Notes: generated by a model from the letters alone, not told the origin. A stretch of 64,000 bases of DNA from Candidatus Bathyarchaeia archaeon (GCA_038850515.1 JAWCLV010000005.1:688-64687); one strand, 5' to 3'; shown: positions 48,244 to 59,802, numbered from the stretch's first letter. Numbers and translations: made by a program.

Positions 48244-49068
48244 ATGAAAATGGCTGCGGAGGATAAGGCAAAGGGTCAGGATGTAAGTGAAGGTTGGCCA
48301 GAAGAGGGAGAGCTAGTCGTTGCCACAGTCAAGGAAATAAGCCCCTATGGAGCCTATGTTACCCTTGACGAGTATGGCAACAAAGAGGGTTTCCTTCACC
48401 TATCTGAGGTTTCAACAAGCTGGGTTAGGAATATACGGGACTTCGTCCGTGAGGGACGGAAAGTCGTCTTGAAGGTTTTGAGGGTAGACCTCAAGAGGGG
48501 GCAAGTGGACCTATCCCTGAAGAGGGTTACGGATAGGGAGCGAAGGGAGGCCCTCCTTGAGTGGAGGCAAAGGAGGAGGGGGCGATTCCTCCTAAACCTC
48601 CTTAGCCAAAGGCTGAAGCAACCTTATGCGAAGGTTTATGAGGAATTCGGGAAGAAGCTGGAGGAATTCTTTGGAGGCCTCTACGAAGCCTTTGAGGAAG
48701 CTTGCGAGAAGGGCGAGGAGAAGCTTCTCAAAGCCGGTATTCCTCCGGAAGTTGCTAGGGAGATCGTTACCATAGCCATTGAAAGGATTAAGGTGCCAAC
48801 CGTCAAGATAAGTGGAACCTTGGAGCTGAGCTGTATGAAGCCTAAGGGAGTTGAAGTCATTCGAAGAACCCTTATGGACCTCGAAACTCTAGGAAAGAAG
48901 GGTAATGCTACTGTAAACATCTACGTCATAGGTTCCCCCAAATACAGAGTCGAAGTAACGGCGAAAGATTACAAAGTTGCTGAGAAGCTTTTGCAGGAAG
49001 TAGTCGATAGGGCTTCCCAAGAAATGAAGAAGGCCGGAGGGACCTTTGCCTTCAAAAGGGAAGTCTGA
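48244..49068 (+). CDS. eif2a: Translation initiation factor 2 alpha subunit
   Basis: WPEEGELVVATV; YGAYVTLDEY; EGFLHLSEVSTSWVRNIRD; VDLSLKRV; GSPKYR. Confidence 0.96.
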   Translation: MKMAAEDKAKGQDVSEGWPEEGELVVATVKEISPYGAYVTLDEYGNKEGFLHLSEVSTSWVRNIRDFVREGRKVVLKVLRVDLKRGQVDLSLKRVTDRERREALLEWRQRRRGRFLLNLLSQRLKQPYAKVYEEFGKKLEEFFGGLYEAFEEACEKGEEKLLKAGIPPEVAREIVTIAIERIKVPTVKISGTLELSCMKPKGVEVIRRTLMDLETLGKKGNATVNIYVIGSPKYRVEVTAKDYKVAEKLLQEVVDRASQEMKKAGGTFAFKREV

Positions 49069-49098
49069 CACTTGACTTGATTCGATGGATGGGAATCC

Positions 49099-49281
49099 AT
49101 GGTTAACCTACTCAGGCGATGCACCAAATGTGGGGAGTATACCCTTGAAAGGGAGAAATGCCCAAAATGTGGAGCCCCAGTCAGGATCCCCCACCCTCCG
49201 AAGCTTTCAGTAAACGATAGGTTCAGGCCCTATAGACGAAGGCTTAGGGAGATGGTCGCTAGTGAGAAGGACCATGATTAA
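49099..49281 (+). CDS. nop10: H/ACA RNP protein Nop10
   Basis: CTKCGEYTL..CPKCG..PHPPKLS..DRF..YRRR. Confidence 0.93.
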   Translation: MVNLLRRCTKCGEYTLEREKCPKCGAPVRIPHPPKLSVNDRFRPYRRRLREMVASEKDHD

Positions 49282-50041
49282 GGATATAGGCGAAAAAGTT
49301 GAGTTAAGGAAGCCCATCCTTATTGAGGGCTTTCCAGGACTGGGGATGGTCGGAGAAATAGCTGTCCAGTATATGATCGAGGAGTTAAAGGCTTCTCCAA
49401 TGGCTGAGCTCTACTCCCCCTTCTTTCCATTCCATGTTCTCGTGAACGATGAGGGGGAATTACGTCTATTAAGGGCAGAGTTCTACTACTGGAAGAATCC
49501 TGAAGAAAACCTTCCTGATCTTGTTTTACTCAAGGGCGATGCCCAACCCCAGACCCTCGAGGGACAGTATGAGGTTTCCAGCGTAATCCTTTCTTATGCG
49601 AAATCCAAGGGAGTGAGACGTCTCATAGCCCTTGGAGGGTATGAGGCATATCCTGAGGGGGAGCCAAAGGTCATAGCGGCTTCCACGGACCAAGATTTCC
49701 TTAAGGAGGCATTGTTAAAGGGATGCATCTTGGGCCAGGTTGGAAATCCTATACTGGGCTTAGCCGGTGTCATTCTTGGTATCGCCCCCTTCTATGGAAT
49801 TCAAGGCTTAGCCCTCCTTGCCGAGACTCCAGGGTATGCTCCAGATCCAAAGGGCTCTAAAGGGCTTCTAAAGGTCCTAGAAGGACTTCTTCGAATACGA
49901 TTTAGCTATGAGCGCATGGATAAGGAAATAGCAAAGGCAGGAATCGCCATTAATCGGGCAGAGGAAGTCTATGAAAGGACAAAAGCCATAGAGAAAAGCC
50001 TTTCCTTAAAGAGAGAGGAGAGGATTACATATATATCATGA
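49262..50041 (+). CDS. PAC2-family proteasome assembly chaperone
   Basis: IEGFPGLGMVG; LIALGGY; GLAGVILG; ETPGYAPDPK; conserved synteny after nop10. Confidence 0.88.
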   Translation: MRRTMIKDIGEKVELRKPILIEGFPGLGMVGEIAVQYMIEELKASPMAELYSPFFPFHVLVNDEGELRLLRAEFYYWKNPEENLPDLVLLKGDAQPQTLEGQYEVSSVILSYAKSKGVRRLIALGGYEAYPEGEPKVIAASTDQDFLKEALLKGCILGQVGNPILGLAGVILGIAPFYGIQGLALLAETPGYAPDPKGSKGLLKVLEGLLRIRFSYERMDKEIAKAGIAINRAEEVYERTKAIEKSLSLKREERITYIS

Positions 50042-50235
50042 TTGCGAATTTGCTACTGTATATTAATCAGTTTATAAGATCAGGCCTTTGGAATAGGTAG
50101 CTTTCCTTAAGATTCTGCAAAGTCTTTCTGTACATACAGTGCATAGTCGATAGGATGATAGGAAGGCGAAAAGAGATTAAGTAGGATCAGACCTGCCTAG
50201 ATCGAATCGGATAAATGGATCGCTTGGAGCTTCTA

Positions 50236-51363
50236 CTACCAGTCAGCTAGCGATCCATCATCCTCATGGAAAAGGATTGGAGTATGCCATGCTCCATCAA
50301 AAATTTTATCCCTAAGGGCATCCTCATCGATCTCTATTCCTAGGCCGGGCTTGGTGGGTATATCGATGTAGCCATTCCTTAGCTTGAAGGGCTCCTTTAA
50401 GTATCCTTCACCGAGGGTTACGTGCTCTTGGATGAGAAAGTTTGGTATGCAGGCATCCAACTGAATGCAGGCCGCTAAGGCTATAGGCCCCAAAGGGCAA
50501 TGGGGAGCTACAGCTGCGTAGTAGGTTTCCGCCATAGCGGCAATTTTACGGCATTCAAAGATTCCTCCTGCATGGCTCAAATCTGGCTGGACAATCGATG
50601 CAGCCTGCTTTTCAAGGACTTCCCTGAAGCCCCACTTCGTGAAAAGGCGTTCTCCTGTGGCGATGGGAATGCTCGTAGACCTAGCAATGGTTACCATCGT
50701 ATCGACATTCTCCGGAAGACAGGGCTCCTCCAGAAACATCGGATGGTAGGGCTCTAGGGCTTTCGCCATTCTAATCGCCATGGCTGGGCTGAGCCTTCCA
50801 TGACAATCAATGGCTATGTCAACCTTATCTCCTACTGCTTCCCTCATAGCCTTTATCCTTGCCTCAGCCTTCTTTACGGCTTCAGGCGTATCGACGATGC
50901 GAGTAGCTCCGAAGGGAGTAGTCTTCACAGCCGTAAAACCCTCTTTCACCCTCCTCAAGGCACTTTCTGCACATTCTTCAGGAGTAGTGCCTCCGGCATG
51001 GGCATATAGGCGTATGCGCTCTCGACAGGGACCTCCTAAAAGCTGGTATACTGGAACGCCTAGGTGCTTACCGAGGATGTCCCAAAGGGCCTCCTCAATT
51101 CCACTTATCGCGCTCACGAGAATGGGACCGCCCCTATAAAAGGCACCCCTGTACATTTTCTGCCATAGATACTCGATTCTGAGGGGGTCCTCACCTAGCA
51201 GTTGCTCGCTCAGCTCTTTGACCGCCATTTCGACCGTTCGGGCCTTACCCTCTAGGATGGGCTCCCCATAGCCCACAATCCCCTCATCTGTATAGAGCTT
51301 CAGAAAGAGCCACCTAGGCTTTACGTGGAAGGTTTCAAGTCTTGTAATTTTCATATGACCCAC
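50236..51363 (-). CDS. dgoD: Galactonate dehydratase (enolase superfamily)
   Basis: KPRWLFLK; GYGEP; YRGGPIL.SAISGI; DCHGR; FLEEP; ATGERL; QPDLSHAGGI; APHCPLGP. Confidence 0.88.
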   Translation of the reverse strand: MGHMKITRLETFHVKPRWLFLKLYTDEGIVGYGEPILEGKARTVEMAVKELSEQLLGEDPLRIEYLWQKMYRGAFYRGGPILVSAISGIEEALWDILGKHLGVPVYQLLGGPCRERIRLYAHAGGTTPEECAESALRRVKEGFTAVKTTPFGATRIVDTPEAVKKAEARIKAMREAVGDKVDIAIDCHGRLSPAMAIRMAKALEPYHPMFLEEPCLPENVDTMVTIARSTSIPIATGERLFTKWGFREVLEKQAASIVQPDLSHAGGIFECRKIAAMAETYYAAVAPHCPLGPIALAACIQLDACIPNFLIQEHVTLGEGYLKEPFKLRNGYIDIPTKPGLGIEIDEDALRDKIFDGAWHTPILFHEDDGSLADW

Positions 51364-51730
51364 CTAAAGCAGCATTTGCCAAAGATTTCTTTTAAGCCTT
51401 AACCTCAAAGAATCTTAAGCATTGCCTTCTTTTCTTATAACGAGGACGCGAATTCTTCGGTTCTATAAGACTAGCTTGAATACTTTCTGCTCGTAAGTAT
51501 CGCGAGAAACTAATGGCAGCTTATAAGCCTTTAACATTACGGAATCTGCGAAGAGCCTACCAAAAAGTCCAAAGGACTTTGAAAGGTTAAAAAATGTAAG
51601 CTCTGTTCTAGTTCGTTTCAAGCCATGAAAACTACCGGCGTCCATCCTCGGCTTAGATCCGGAGGAATTAGGCAGGCAATGTCTATATATAACCAAGCAA
51701 GGAATATTAAATAAAGGAGTTGCCAACTCA

Positions 51731-52291
51731 TTGTCGCAGACTGAGCCTTCGATACGTATAGAGAATGTTGTCGCCTCTGTTATCTTAGGCCATAATCTAG
51801 ATCTCCCCTCCATATCGAGGGCCTTGCCTGAAGATATTGAGTACAATCCAGAACGATTTCCAGGAGCCCTCTTTCGCTTAAAAAGACCAAAAACAGCCAT
51901 CCTAATCTTCAGCTCTGGTAAAATGATCTGTGTAGGAGCAAAGTCCGAAAGGCTTGCAAAACTAGCCGTCAGGAAAGTCATGAGGAGGCTTAGGGAGAGT
52001 GGCATCGTCATTACATCGAAGGCTGAGATAACGATAGAGAACATTGTAGCCTCAGCAAGCCTGGGCGGAAAGATAGATTTAGAGAAGACCTCCTTTACCT
52101 TGAGAAGGACGATGTACGAACCCGAGCAGTTTCCTGGTCTCATATATCGGATGGATGATCCGAAGGTTGTCATCCTTATCTTTGCAAGCGGAAAACTTGT
52201 GATCGTAGGGGCTAGGGAAGAGGGGGATGTTAGAGGGGCCGTAGAGAAGCTCAAGGGTCAACTCGAGGAGCAGGGGCTTATTTTCTACTGA
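51731..52291 (+). CDS. tbp: TATA-box-binding protein
   Basis: Two repeats: IENVVAS / IENIVAS; YNPERFPG / YEPEQFPG; IFSSGKMICVGAK / IFASGKLVIVGAR. Confidence 0.97.
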   Translation: MSQTEPSIRIENVVASVILGHNLDLPSISRALPEDIEYNPERFPGALFRLKRPKTAILIFSSGKMICVGAKSERLAKLAVRKVMRRLRESGIVITSKAEITIENIVASASLGGKIDLEKTSFTLRRTMYEPEQFPGLIYRMDDPKVVILIFASGKLVIVGAREEGDVRGAVEKLKGQLEEQGLIFY

Positions 52292-52570
52292 TTTTTTTTG
52301 ATCTTAATCATCCAGTTCGTTTTACGAGACGGTTAAAAAATTAGGAAAGGGAAGATCTAGAGAAGTTTATCATCGAATTATAAGGAATATGTAGACTGTA
52401 ATGTGGCGATATGAAAATAAAATTGTTGATATCTTATGTGCTCTGTATAGAATGACCTTTTCATATCGAGAAAAATAAAGATCAGGGATGAAGAAGAATT
52501 TATAATTTATATTGCCTTGAGGAAAGAGGCAGATAGAACTAGGAAGGTCTAATCCCTTGGGCTGATCGCC

Positions 52571-53197
52571 ATGATATTCCTTCAGATACCTGTCGGTAAT
52601 TATAGAAATTTTGCCTACCTTTTGGCAGATGAGGCTACTCGACTCTGCGTAATCGTAGATCCAGGCTTTGGTTTTGATAAGATCCTCCGTTTTCTTGAAG
52701 ACCATAGATTGAAGGTTAAGTACATCATTGGAACCCACTCCCATCCTGATCATATCTTCAGTTGTCAGAAACTTGCTTCAAGAACAGGTGCGAAGGTCAT
52801 AATGCATAAGGAATCGAGGGCATATAAAGATCAGACGGTAGAGGATGGGGATGTTCTAAGGGTTGGGGCACTCAAGATACGAGTCCTTCATACCCCAGGA
52901 CATACACCCGATAGCATCTGCCTTCTTATAGAAGATGGTAAAAGGAAACTTCTCACAGGTGACACGCTTTTCGTAGGCGGATGTGGAAGGACAGACCTTC
53001 AAGGCGGAAATCCTGAAGAACTCTATGATAGTCTTTTCGAGAAGATCCTCAAGCTAGAGGATGATGTCGAGATCTATCCTGGTCATGACTATGGAGATAA
53101 ACCAAGTTCGACGATCGGAATGGAAAGGTACCACAACAAAATTTTAAACCTTAGGTCCAAGGGAGAATTCTTAGCTTTTCTTGGAGGAAGAATATAG
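52571..53197 (+). CDS. MBL-fold metallo-hydrolase (glyoxalase II-like)
   Basis: THSHPDH; HTPGHT; TGDTLF; YPGHDY. Confidence 0.9.
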   Translation: MIFLQIPVGNYRNFAYLLADEATRLCVIVDPGFGFDKILRFLEDHRLKVKYIIGTHSHPDHIFSCQKLASRTGAKVIMHKESRAYKDQTVEDGDVLRVGALKIRVLHTPGHTPDSICLLIEDGKRKLLTGDTLFVGGCGRTDLQGGNPEELYDSLFEKILKLEDDVEIYPGHDYGDKPSSTIGMERYHNKILNLRSKGEFLAFLGGRI

Positions 53198-53297
53198 CCC
53201 TTTCTTCAATACTCCTAGCCCAATAACTAGTTCCCATGTCGAGAAATTTCCGGCTCATAAGCCAAGGAAATAAGAAATCCAGGATTAAGCCATAAGG

Positions 53298-53891
53298 CTA
53301 ATTTTCTTTATTCTCTTCATTCTTAGAAAGCGTTTCCCGAGTATCTTCTCCTATGGTAGGCTTCTTCCCTTCTTTGGGCACCTCTTCCCAAATCCACCAA
53401 GCAAGGAAAGCGAAGAATACGACAAGAATAAGAACTTTTATCTCGTAAGGTTCAGTCCAAATCCATAGGTATCCGAGTAAGGGTATGCGAAAGATGCATT
53501 TTCCTATTAGGCGTTCTTCAGCATCGAAGTGCCTCTCGAAGTACTGTGGATAGCCAACATTATCACCCTGGGTTGTGAAGTAGAGCTTCCCACTCTCGTT
53601 CGAAATCTCGACGACTCGATGGATGACCCGATCTGTAGGGGGCTGAAGTCCCGTCTTGAATACGATGATATCGCCAACCTGAACCTCAGAAGGTTTTACG
53701 CCTTTTATCACAACGAGGTCTCCAACCTGGATGTTCGGTTCCATGCTTCGAGTAGGGACATACATGAGGGGAGTACTGATCGAAAGGGAGGCTTGGAGGG
53801 CAAGCTGGAAGGCTTGTAAAGCCATATAGCTCCCAAGGACCGTAACCAGAACCTCTACGACTCCCTTCCACTTTCCGAGTTTTAGCTTCAT
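53298..53891 (-). CDS. Signal peptidase I (archaeal/ER type, S26B)
   Basis: TRSMEP...GDLVV; VIHRV; TQGDN; IPLLGY; GGAGG before MKLKL. Confidence 0.88.
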   Translation of the reverse strand: MKLKLGKWKGVVEVLVTVLGSYMALQAFQLALQASLSISTPLMYVPTRSMEPNIQVGDLVVIKGVKPSEVQVGDIIVFKTGLQPPTDRVIHRVVEISNESGKLYFTTQGDNVGYPQYFERHFDAEERLIGKCIFRIPLLGYLWIWTEPYEIKVLILVVFFAFLAWWIWEEVPKEGKKPTIGEDTRETLSKNEENKEN

Positions 53892-54081
53892 GATGAGCCT
53901 CCATCGAGTTGAGGAAGTAGAAGTCAAAAGCTAGGGAAAAAGTTTATCGATCTTTATCGGAGGTTCCCATTACCTAAAAATATTCGGCGAAGCACAAGGA
54001 AGCGGTTTCAGAGGGCTTTAGTTCGAGGCTCTTGGAAATTAATCTACTGTATTCAGCCTATTCAGCCATCCTTTTGCAGCC

Positions 54082-54387
54082 TTACTCCGAGACCGAGGTT
54101 TTATCCTTTAAAAGCCATTGGATAGGAATGTCCTGATAGCTTCCATCTGGGAGCCTCCTCCTAACCGTTATCGGAAGAATCCCGAGGGATAGCTCGTAGC
54201 ACGCAATATCTATCGGGTTCGTTAGTCCCTTTGGAAGCTTTACGAAGACTGGAGCGCCCATGGCGATTTGTAATGCCCTAGCCCCGACGATTCTTGCCCT
54301 CTCAAACCTCGTCAAGCGAGGTGGCCCTATCATTTGGATCTCCGGGCTCTTAGGGGCCCTTTTCGAATCAACCTCCTTTTTGGCCAA
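54082..54387 (-). CDS. rpoK: RNA polymerase subunit K (Rpo6)
   Basis: [22 protein letters not shown]; LPITVRR. Confidence 0.96.
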   Translation of the reverse strand: MAKKEVDSKRAPKSPEIQMIGPPRLTRFERARIVGARALQIAMGAPVFVKLPKGLTNPIDIACYELSLGILPITVRRRLPDGSYQDIPIQWLLKDKTSVSE

Positions 54388-54704
54388 GTAGGCAGGCTCC
54401 CCCTAGTCGGAACCATAGTAGCTTAGGTGGCGAATACATGAAAAAGCATGACAGAAGATGCACAATAATCCCTTTTAATAAACATATCGCTTTGGGGAAT
54501 TTTTCAGGGTTAGAAACAAGGATTTCCTTTCTAAATTTTCTAATTATAAGGCTATTGGCCCTCGAGTTCCAAGGCGTTTATCATTAAAGGCATGGAGGGA
54601 TGAGGCAGGTCCAAGAGCTCCGCGCGCATTAACCCTTTTTACAGATCTTGGCGTTACCTACGTAACCCTAATATATGAGAGGTGCATCCTAAGCCAAGTG
54701 GCAT

Positions 54705-56684
54705 TTGGGAGGAGATATTTCCTTGGCGACTTCCAAAGAAACCGTGGAAGTTTTACTGACGGAATCTAGGGTCTTCATGCCCCCGAAGGAGCTCGTAGAG
54801 CGATCGAATGTGAAGCGATGGATGGAGGCCCATGGCATCAGGAACCTCGATGAACTCCTGAAAAGGAGCGAGGATCTTGAGTGGTTCTGGGGCGAGATGG
54901 CGAAGGAGTTCGTTGAGTTCTACAGTCCTTATAAGAAGGTTCTTGAATGGAATCCGCCCCATGCCAAGTGGTTCGTAGGAGCCCAGTATAACATCGTCCA
55001 CGATGCCCTCGACAAGCATCAGAATACTTGGAGACGTAACAAAGTCGCCTACATATACGAGGGGGAGCCTGGGGAAGTCGAGAAGCTCACCTACAGGGAC
55101 CTGTACGTAGAGGTCTGCAAGCTCGCAAATGCCCTGAAGTCTCTAGGGGTTAAGAAGGGCGATAGAGTTGGGCTATACCTTCCCATGATACCCCAACTTC
55201 CCATTGCCATGTTGGCCTGCGCCAAGATAGGAGCCATCCATAGCGTCGTCTTTTCAGGCTTTAGCGCCATCGCCCTTGCGGAAAGGATGGCTGATGCCGA
55301 GGCGAAAGTCATCATCACATGCGATAGCTTCTACAGGCGAGGCTCAAAGATACCCTTAAAGAGCCAGGTAGACGAAGCTTTGAAGATGGCCCCAAGCATC
55401 GAGAAATGCATCGTATACAGGCGTACTGGGGATCAAATTCCTTGGGATGGGAATCGGGATCTGTGGTGGCACGAAATCGTAAAGGATCAACCCAAGTTCT
55501 GCGAAACGGAGCGAATGGACGCCAACGATATTCTCTACCTTCTGTACACATCCGGAACCACCGGAAGGCCTAAGGGAGTCATCCATTGCCATGGTGGCTA
55601 TGCCGTCGGAACAGCAATGACGCTAAGCTGGGTCTTCGACTTGAAGGATGAAGACATATGGTGGTGCACAGCCGACATTGGCTGGGTGACGGGGCACAGC
55701 TATACTGTCTATGCACCCTTAATCCTCGGAGCCACATCAATCCTCTACGAGGGTGCTCCTGACTGGCCTGAGCCGGATAGATGGTGGGATATCATCGAAA
55801 GACATGGAGTAACGGTCTTTTACACGTCCCCTACCGCCATACGCATGCACATGCGTTTCGGCGAGCGCTGGGCCCAGAAGCACGACCTTAGTTCCTTGAG
55901 GCTTTTAGGGAGCGTAGGGGAGCCCATCAACCCAGAAGCATGGATATGGTTCTACAGATACATCGGAGGTGAGCGATGCCCGATCATGGATACTTGGTGG
56001 CAAACTGAGACGGGCTCCTTCGTCATATCGCCGCTTCCTATAACGCCCCTCAAACCAGGATCAGCTACGAAGCCTCTCCCAGGATTCTCGGCGGATGTTT
56101 TCGATGAATATGGAAAGCCTGTCGTTAACGCTGGAGGAAACCTCGTCCTCTTGACACCTTGGCCTTCGATGCTCATGGGCCTTTACAAGGCTGAGGAAAG
56201 ATATCGATCCACCTACTGGGAAAAGTATCCGAATGTTTACCTGGCAGGTGATATATCTAGGAAGGATTCTGATGGATACTTCTGGATACAAGGTCGAGCA
56301 GACGACATAATCAAAGTATCAGGCCATAGAATCGGAAATGCTGAAATCGAATCTGCCTGCGTCAGCCATCCTGCCGTCGCTGAAGCAGTAGCCATAGGAA
56401 AGCCCCATCAAATCAAGGGCGAATCTATCGTCGTCTTCGTGGTCCTAAAAGAAGGAATTAAAGAGAGTGAGGATCTTAGGAAGGACATCCGATTACATGT
56501 GAGGAAGGAAATAGGTCCCGTTGCCCAGCCCGACGAGGTATGGTTCGTGGATGCCCTGCCGAAGACGAGAAGCGGAAAGATTATGCGAAGGGTCGTTCGT
56601 GCTAAGATTTTAGGTATGCCTGTTGGGGATATCTCAACCCTTAGCAATCCAGAGGCTGTCGATGAGCTGACAAAAGCTAGGTAA
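54705..56684 (+). CDS. acs: Acetyl-CoA synthetase (AMP-forming)
   Basis: [11 protein letters not shown]; [12 protein letters not shown]; [12 protein letters not shown]; DTWWQTETG; [11 protein letters not shown]; start may be TTG 54723. Confidence 0.96.
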   Translation: MGGDISLATSKETVEVLLTESRVFMPPKELVERSNVKRWMEAHGIRNLDELLKRSEDLEWFWGEMAKEFVEFYSPYKKVLEWNPPHAKWFVGAQYNIVHDALDKHQNTWRRNKVAYIYEGEPGEVEKLTYRDLYVEVCKLANALKSLGVKKGDRVGLYLPMIPQLPIAMLACAKIGAIHSVVFSGFSAIALAERMADAEAKVIITCDSFYRRGSKIPLKSQVDEALKMAPSIEKCIVYRRTGDQIPWDGNRDLWWHEIVKDQPKFCETERMDANDILYLLYTSGTTGRPKGVIHCHGGYAVGTAMTLSWVFDLKDEDIWWCTADIGWVTGHSYTVYAPLILGATSILYEGAPDWPEPDRWWDIIERHGVTVFYTSPTAIRMHMRFGERWAQKHDLSSLRLLGSVGEPINPEAWIWFYRYIGGERCPIMDTWWQTETGSFVISPLPITPLKPGSATKPLPGFSADVFDEYGKPVVNAGGNLVLLTPWPSMLMGLYKAEERYRSTYWEKYPNVYLAGDISRKDSDGYFWIQGRADDIIKVSGHRIGNAEIESACVSHPAVAEAVAIGKPHQIKGESIVVFVVLKEGIKESEDLRKDIRLHVRKEIGPVAQPDEVWFVDALPKTRSGKIMRRVVRAKILGMPVGDISTLSNPEAVDELTKAR

Positions 56685-56712
56685 AGAGCGCCGCTCCATC
56701 CTTTTCCCCATA

Positions 56713-56736
56713 TTTTTAGTTTTTTATTTTTTCTTC
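56713..56736 (+). terminator. T-rich tract after acs, possible archaeal intrinsic terminator
   Basis: TTTTTAGTTTTTTATTTTTTCTTC about 30 nt after the stop. Confidence 0.35.
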
Positions 56737-56962
56737 GAAAAGCCATTTTTGATACAATCCATCCCATCCTATTCTATCCCTTCTGTTTTCCTTTATCCCC
56801 TTATTCCCCATTAGCTAGGATTTCTTGGCTCTAAACCTAGCCCTTGGAGGGTGTATCAAGACTTTTTCATCTTTTCTTCCTTTATTTATTTTATCTGAGT
56901 CCCAAGTTTCCTCGTTTATAGGCTAATCTCATGAACTATTCTTTAGGCAGGTAGGATTCCCT

Positions 56963-58402
56963 ATGGAAGCTAAGCCTCGCTTTAGAGTCGAAAGGGATAG
57001 CATGGGAGAGGTTAAGGTGCCCTTTGAGGCCTACTATGGAGCTCAGACGCAGAGGGCTCTAGAGAACTTCCAAGTCTCTGGGATACGCTTTCCCAAAGGC
57101 TTCATAAGGGCTCTGGCCATCGTCAAGCTGGCGGCCTGCAAGGCGAATTGGAAACTAGGTCTCCTAGATGAAAGGAAGGCAAACGCCATAGCTCAAGCTG
57201 CTAGGGAGGTCGTTGAGGGACGCTTCGATGATATGTTTCCCCTAGACATCTTCCAAACAGGATCGGGAACCTCTACGAACATGAACATGAACGAAGTAAT
57301 CGCTAACCGTGCGGCCGAAATCCTAGGCGGACAAAGGGGCGATTCAAGCCTCGTCCATCCGAACGATGATGTAAACATGTCCCAATCAACCAACGATGTT
57401 TTTCCAACAGCCATTCACATAGCTTCCCTGCAAGCCATTAGAAAAAACCTCCTTCCAAGCCTTAAGGCCCTTGCCTTAACCCTGAGACGGAAAGCTAGAG
57501 AATTCGAGGAAATCGTGAAGCCTGGGAGAACGCATCTTCAGGATGCCGTTCCCGTTACTCTAGGCCAGGAATTCGGTGCCTATGCAACGATGATGGAGAA
57601 GGGAATTCGAAGGATTAGAAGGGTCGAGGATTCCTTGGCAGAGCTACCCTTGGGTGCCACCGCCGTCGGAACTGGCTTAAATGCTGATCCTAGTTTTGCG
57701 CAACTCGCCATCGAAGAGATCAACCGTATAACGGGGCTTAAGTTTAGGCAGGCGAAGGATAGGTTTGAGGCCCTTATGGCTAGGGATGCCTGCGTCGAGC
57801 TTAGCGGGGCTCTTCGGGACATCGCCATAAGCCTCATGAAAATCGCCAACGATCTACGTCTTATGGCGTCCGGTCCTAGGACAGGCTTAGCCGAGATCGA
57901 ACTTCCAGCCCTTCAGCCTGGCTCAAGCATCATGCCAGGAAAGGTGAATCCTGTCGTTCCAGAGGTTGTTTGCATGGTGGCAGCCCAGGTCCTTGGAAAG
58001 GACCTCACCATAGCCATAGCTGGTCAGAGTGGGCTCCTTGAGCTTAACGTCATGATGCCCATCATAGCCTTGAACCTTCTCCAATCCATAGAGCTTTTAG
58101 CCAACGCCGTGAGGCTACTGGATACAAAATGCATTGCGGGTATAAAGGCTAACCAGAAGCGATGCCTAGAAATGGCAGAGAAAAGCCTAGCCCTTGTAAC
58201 GGTCCTAACACCCATCATAGGCTATGATAAGGCAGCTATCATAGTCCGTAAGGCGATTGAGGGGGAGAAATCCCTCCGAGAGGTTGTCGTCGAAGAAGGC
58301 TTTCTCACGGAGGAGGAGGCCCGAGAGATCCTCGACCCGAGGAAGCTTGTAAGGGGAGGAAGGCTTCATAAAGAAAGAGAAAGATGGGAGACCCAGGCGT
58401 AA
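56963..58402 (+). CDS. fumC: Class II fumarate hydratase
   Basis: YYGAQTQR; QTGSGTSTNMNMNEV; HPNDDVN; GRTHLQDA; GSSIMPGKVNP. Confidence 0.88.
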   Translation: MEAKPRFRVERDSMGEVKVPFEAYYGAQTQRALENFQVSGIRFPKGFIRALAIVKLAACKANWKLGLLDERKANAIAQAAREVVEGRFDDMFPLDIFQTGSGTSTNMNMNEVIANRAAEILGGQRGDSSLVHPNDDVNMSQSTNDVFPTAIHIASLQAIRKNLLPSLKALALTLRRKAREFEEIVKPGRTHLQDAVPVTLGQEFGAYATMMEKGIRRIRRVEDSLAELPLGATAVGTGLNADPSFAQLAIEEINRITGLKFRQAKDRFEALMARDACVELSGALRDIAISLMKIANDLRLMASGPRTGLAEIELPALQPGSSIMPGKVNPVVPEVVCMVAAQVLGKDLTIAIAGQSGLLELNVMMPIIALNLLQSIELLANAVRLLDTKCIAGIKANQKRCLEMAEKSLALVTVLTPIIGYDKAAIIVRKAIEGEKSLREVVVEEGFLTEEEAREILDPRKLVRGGRLHKERERWETQA

Positions 58403-58443
58403 AAAGGATGGGAGGGAAAGGAAGGGAAACGTAGGGAACTGGC

Positions 58444-59802
58444 TTAATCGGTTCGTAAGGCGGCCTTCAGTTCTCCTTGGACGAGGTTTTGAATCTCGGA
58501 CAGCCCTTTAGGATCCTTGGCTTCGAAGCGCATCACCAAGGCCGGCTCCGTGTTAGATGCCCTTACGATTCCCCACCCCTGGGGAAGTTCGACCCTGACA
58601 CCATCGAGGTCGATGATCGGAAGCCCACGATTCCTTAGGCGTTCCTTTAAGGTCTCCACGACCCTGAACTTCCTCTCATCGGAGCATGGAACCCTCAACT
58701 CAGGGGTTGTCTCATATCTAGGAATCGTTCCTACGATTTCTGAAAGCGTCTTAGACTCCTTGGAGAGGATTTCAGCCATTTTAAGGGCTGCTAGGATTCC
58801 ATCATCATAGCCATAATATCCTTCCGCGAAGTAGAAATGGCCGCTGAGCTCTCCGGCCAACGGAGCTTCCTCCCTTAGAAGGAGTTCCTGAACATAAGAA
58901 TGCCCTGTCTTCGACATTTTAGGAATTCCCCCGTGAGCTTCGATGTCCTCTACGAGGGCCTTGGAGCAAAGGACGTTAAAGACGATTTTCGAACCCGGCC
59001 GCCTCCTAAGTACATCCCTTGCGAAGATGGCCAAGACCTGATCGCCCCTTATCGATCTACCCTCCTCATCCACAAAGCCCACCCTATCGCCATCGCCGTC
59101 GAAGGCTATTCCGACATCGGCCTTCCTCTCACGAACCTTTTTCTTCAGCTCCCTAAGCGTTTCTTCCCTTAGGGGGTCTGGAAGATGATTTGGGAATCTC
59201 CCATCAGGTTCTGCGTAAAGAGAATCGACCTGGCATCCAAGTTCTTCAAAAAGACGCTTCGTGAAACCGCAAACACCATTCCCCACATCTAAAACAACCT
59301 TCATTTCCCTTTCCATATCGATCATTCTTAGAAGGCGTTCTGCATAGTCTGGAAAGGCATCGAATTTCTCTACTCTACCGAAGGCATCCCCCTTGGCTAG
59401 CTTGTAGCTTCCTTGACGAACGATCTCCTCGATTTTTCCGATGCAGGTCTCGTAGGAATAGGCGATCCCAGCTCGGCAGAGCTTCATGCCATTCTGATCT
59501 GGAGGGTTATGGGAAGCCGTTATTATACTCCCAGCCTTCGGACCGAAGTTTATGGAGGCAAAGTAAAGGACTGGGGTCGCAGTCATTCCAAGATCTATGC
59601 AATGACAACCCGTGGCCATCAAGCCGGATATAAAGGCTTCCTTCAGGACGGGGCTACTAAGCCTTGCATCTCTAGCGACGACGACATCCTCCCCACCTCC
59701 CAAGAAGGAGCCGAAGGCCATTCCTATCCTCAGGGCTGTTCTAGGTGTGATGTCGGACCCGTAGGTCCCCCTGATGTCATAGGCTCTGAAGATTCCAGGC
59801 AA
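58444..59802 (-). CDS. Phosphomannomutase/phosphoglucomutase (AlgC-like)
   Basis: FRAYDIRG; TASHNP; FDGDGDR; GELSGH; RASNTEP. Confidence 0.93.
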   Translation of the reverse strand: MPGIFRAYDIRGTYGSDITPRTALRIGMAFGSFLGGGEDVVVARDARLSSPVLKEAFISGLMATGCHCIDLGMTATPVLYFASINFGPKAGSIITASHNPPDQNGMKLCRAGIAYSYETCIGKIEEIVRQGSYKLAKGDAFGRVEKFDAFPDYAERLLRMIDMEREMKVVLDVGNGVCGFTKRLFEELGCQVDSLYAEPDGRFPNHLPDPLREETLRELKKKVRERKADVGIAFDGDGDRVGFVDEEGRSIRGDQVLAIFARDVLRRRPGSKIVFNVLCSKALVEDIEAHGGIPKMSKTGHSYVQELLLREEAPLAGELSGHFYFAEGYYGYDDGILAALKMAEILSKESKTLSEIVGTIPRYETTPELRVPCSDERKFRVVETLKERLRNRGLPIIDLDGVRVELPQGWGIVRASNTEPALVMRFEAKDPKGLSEIQNLVQGELKAALRTD

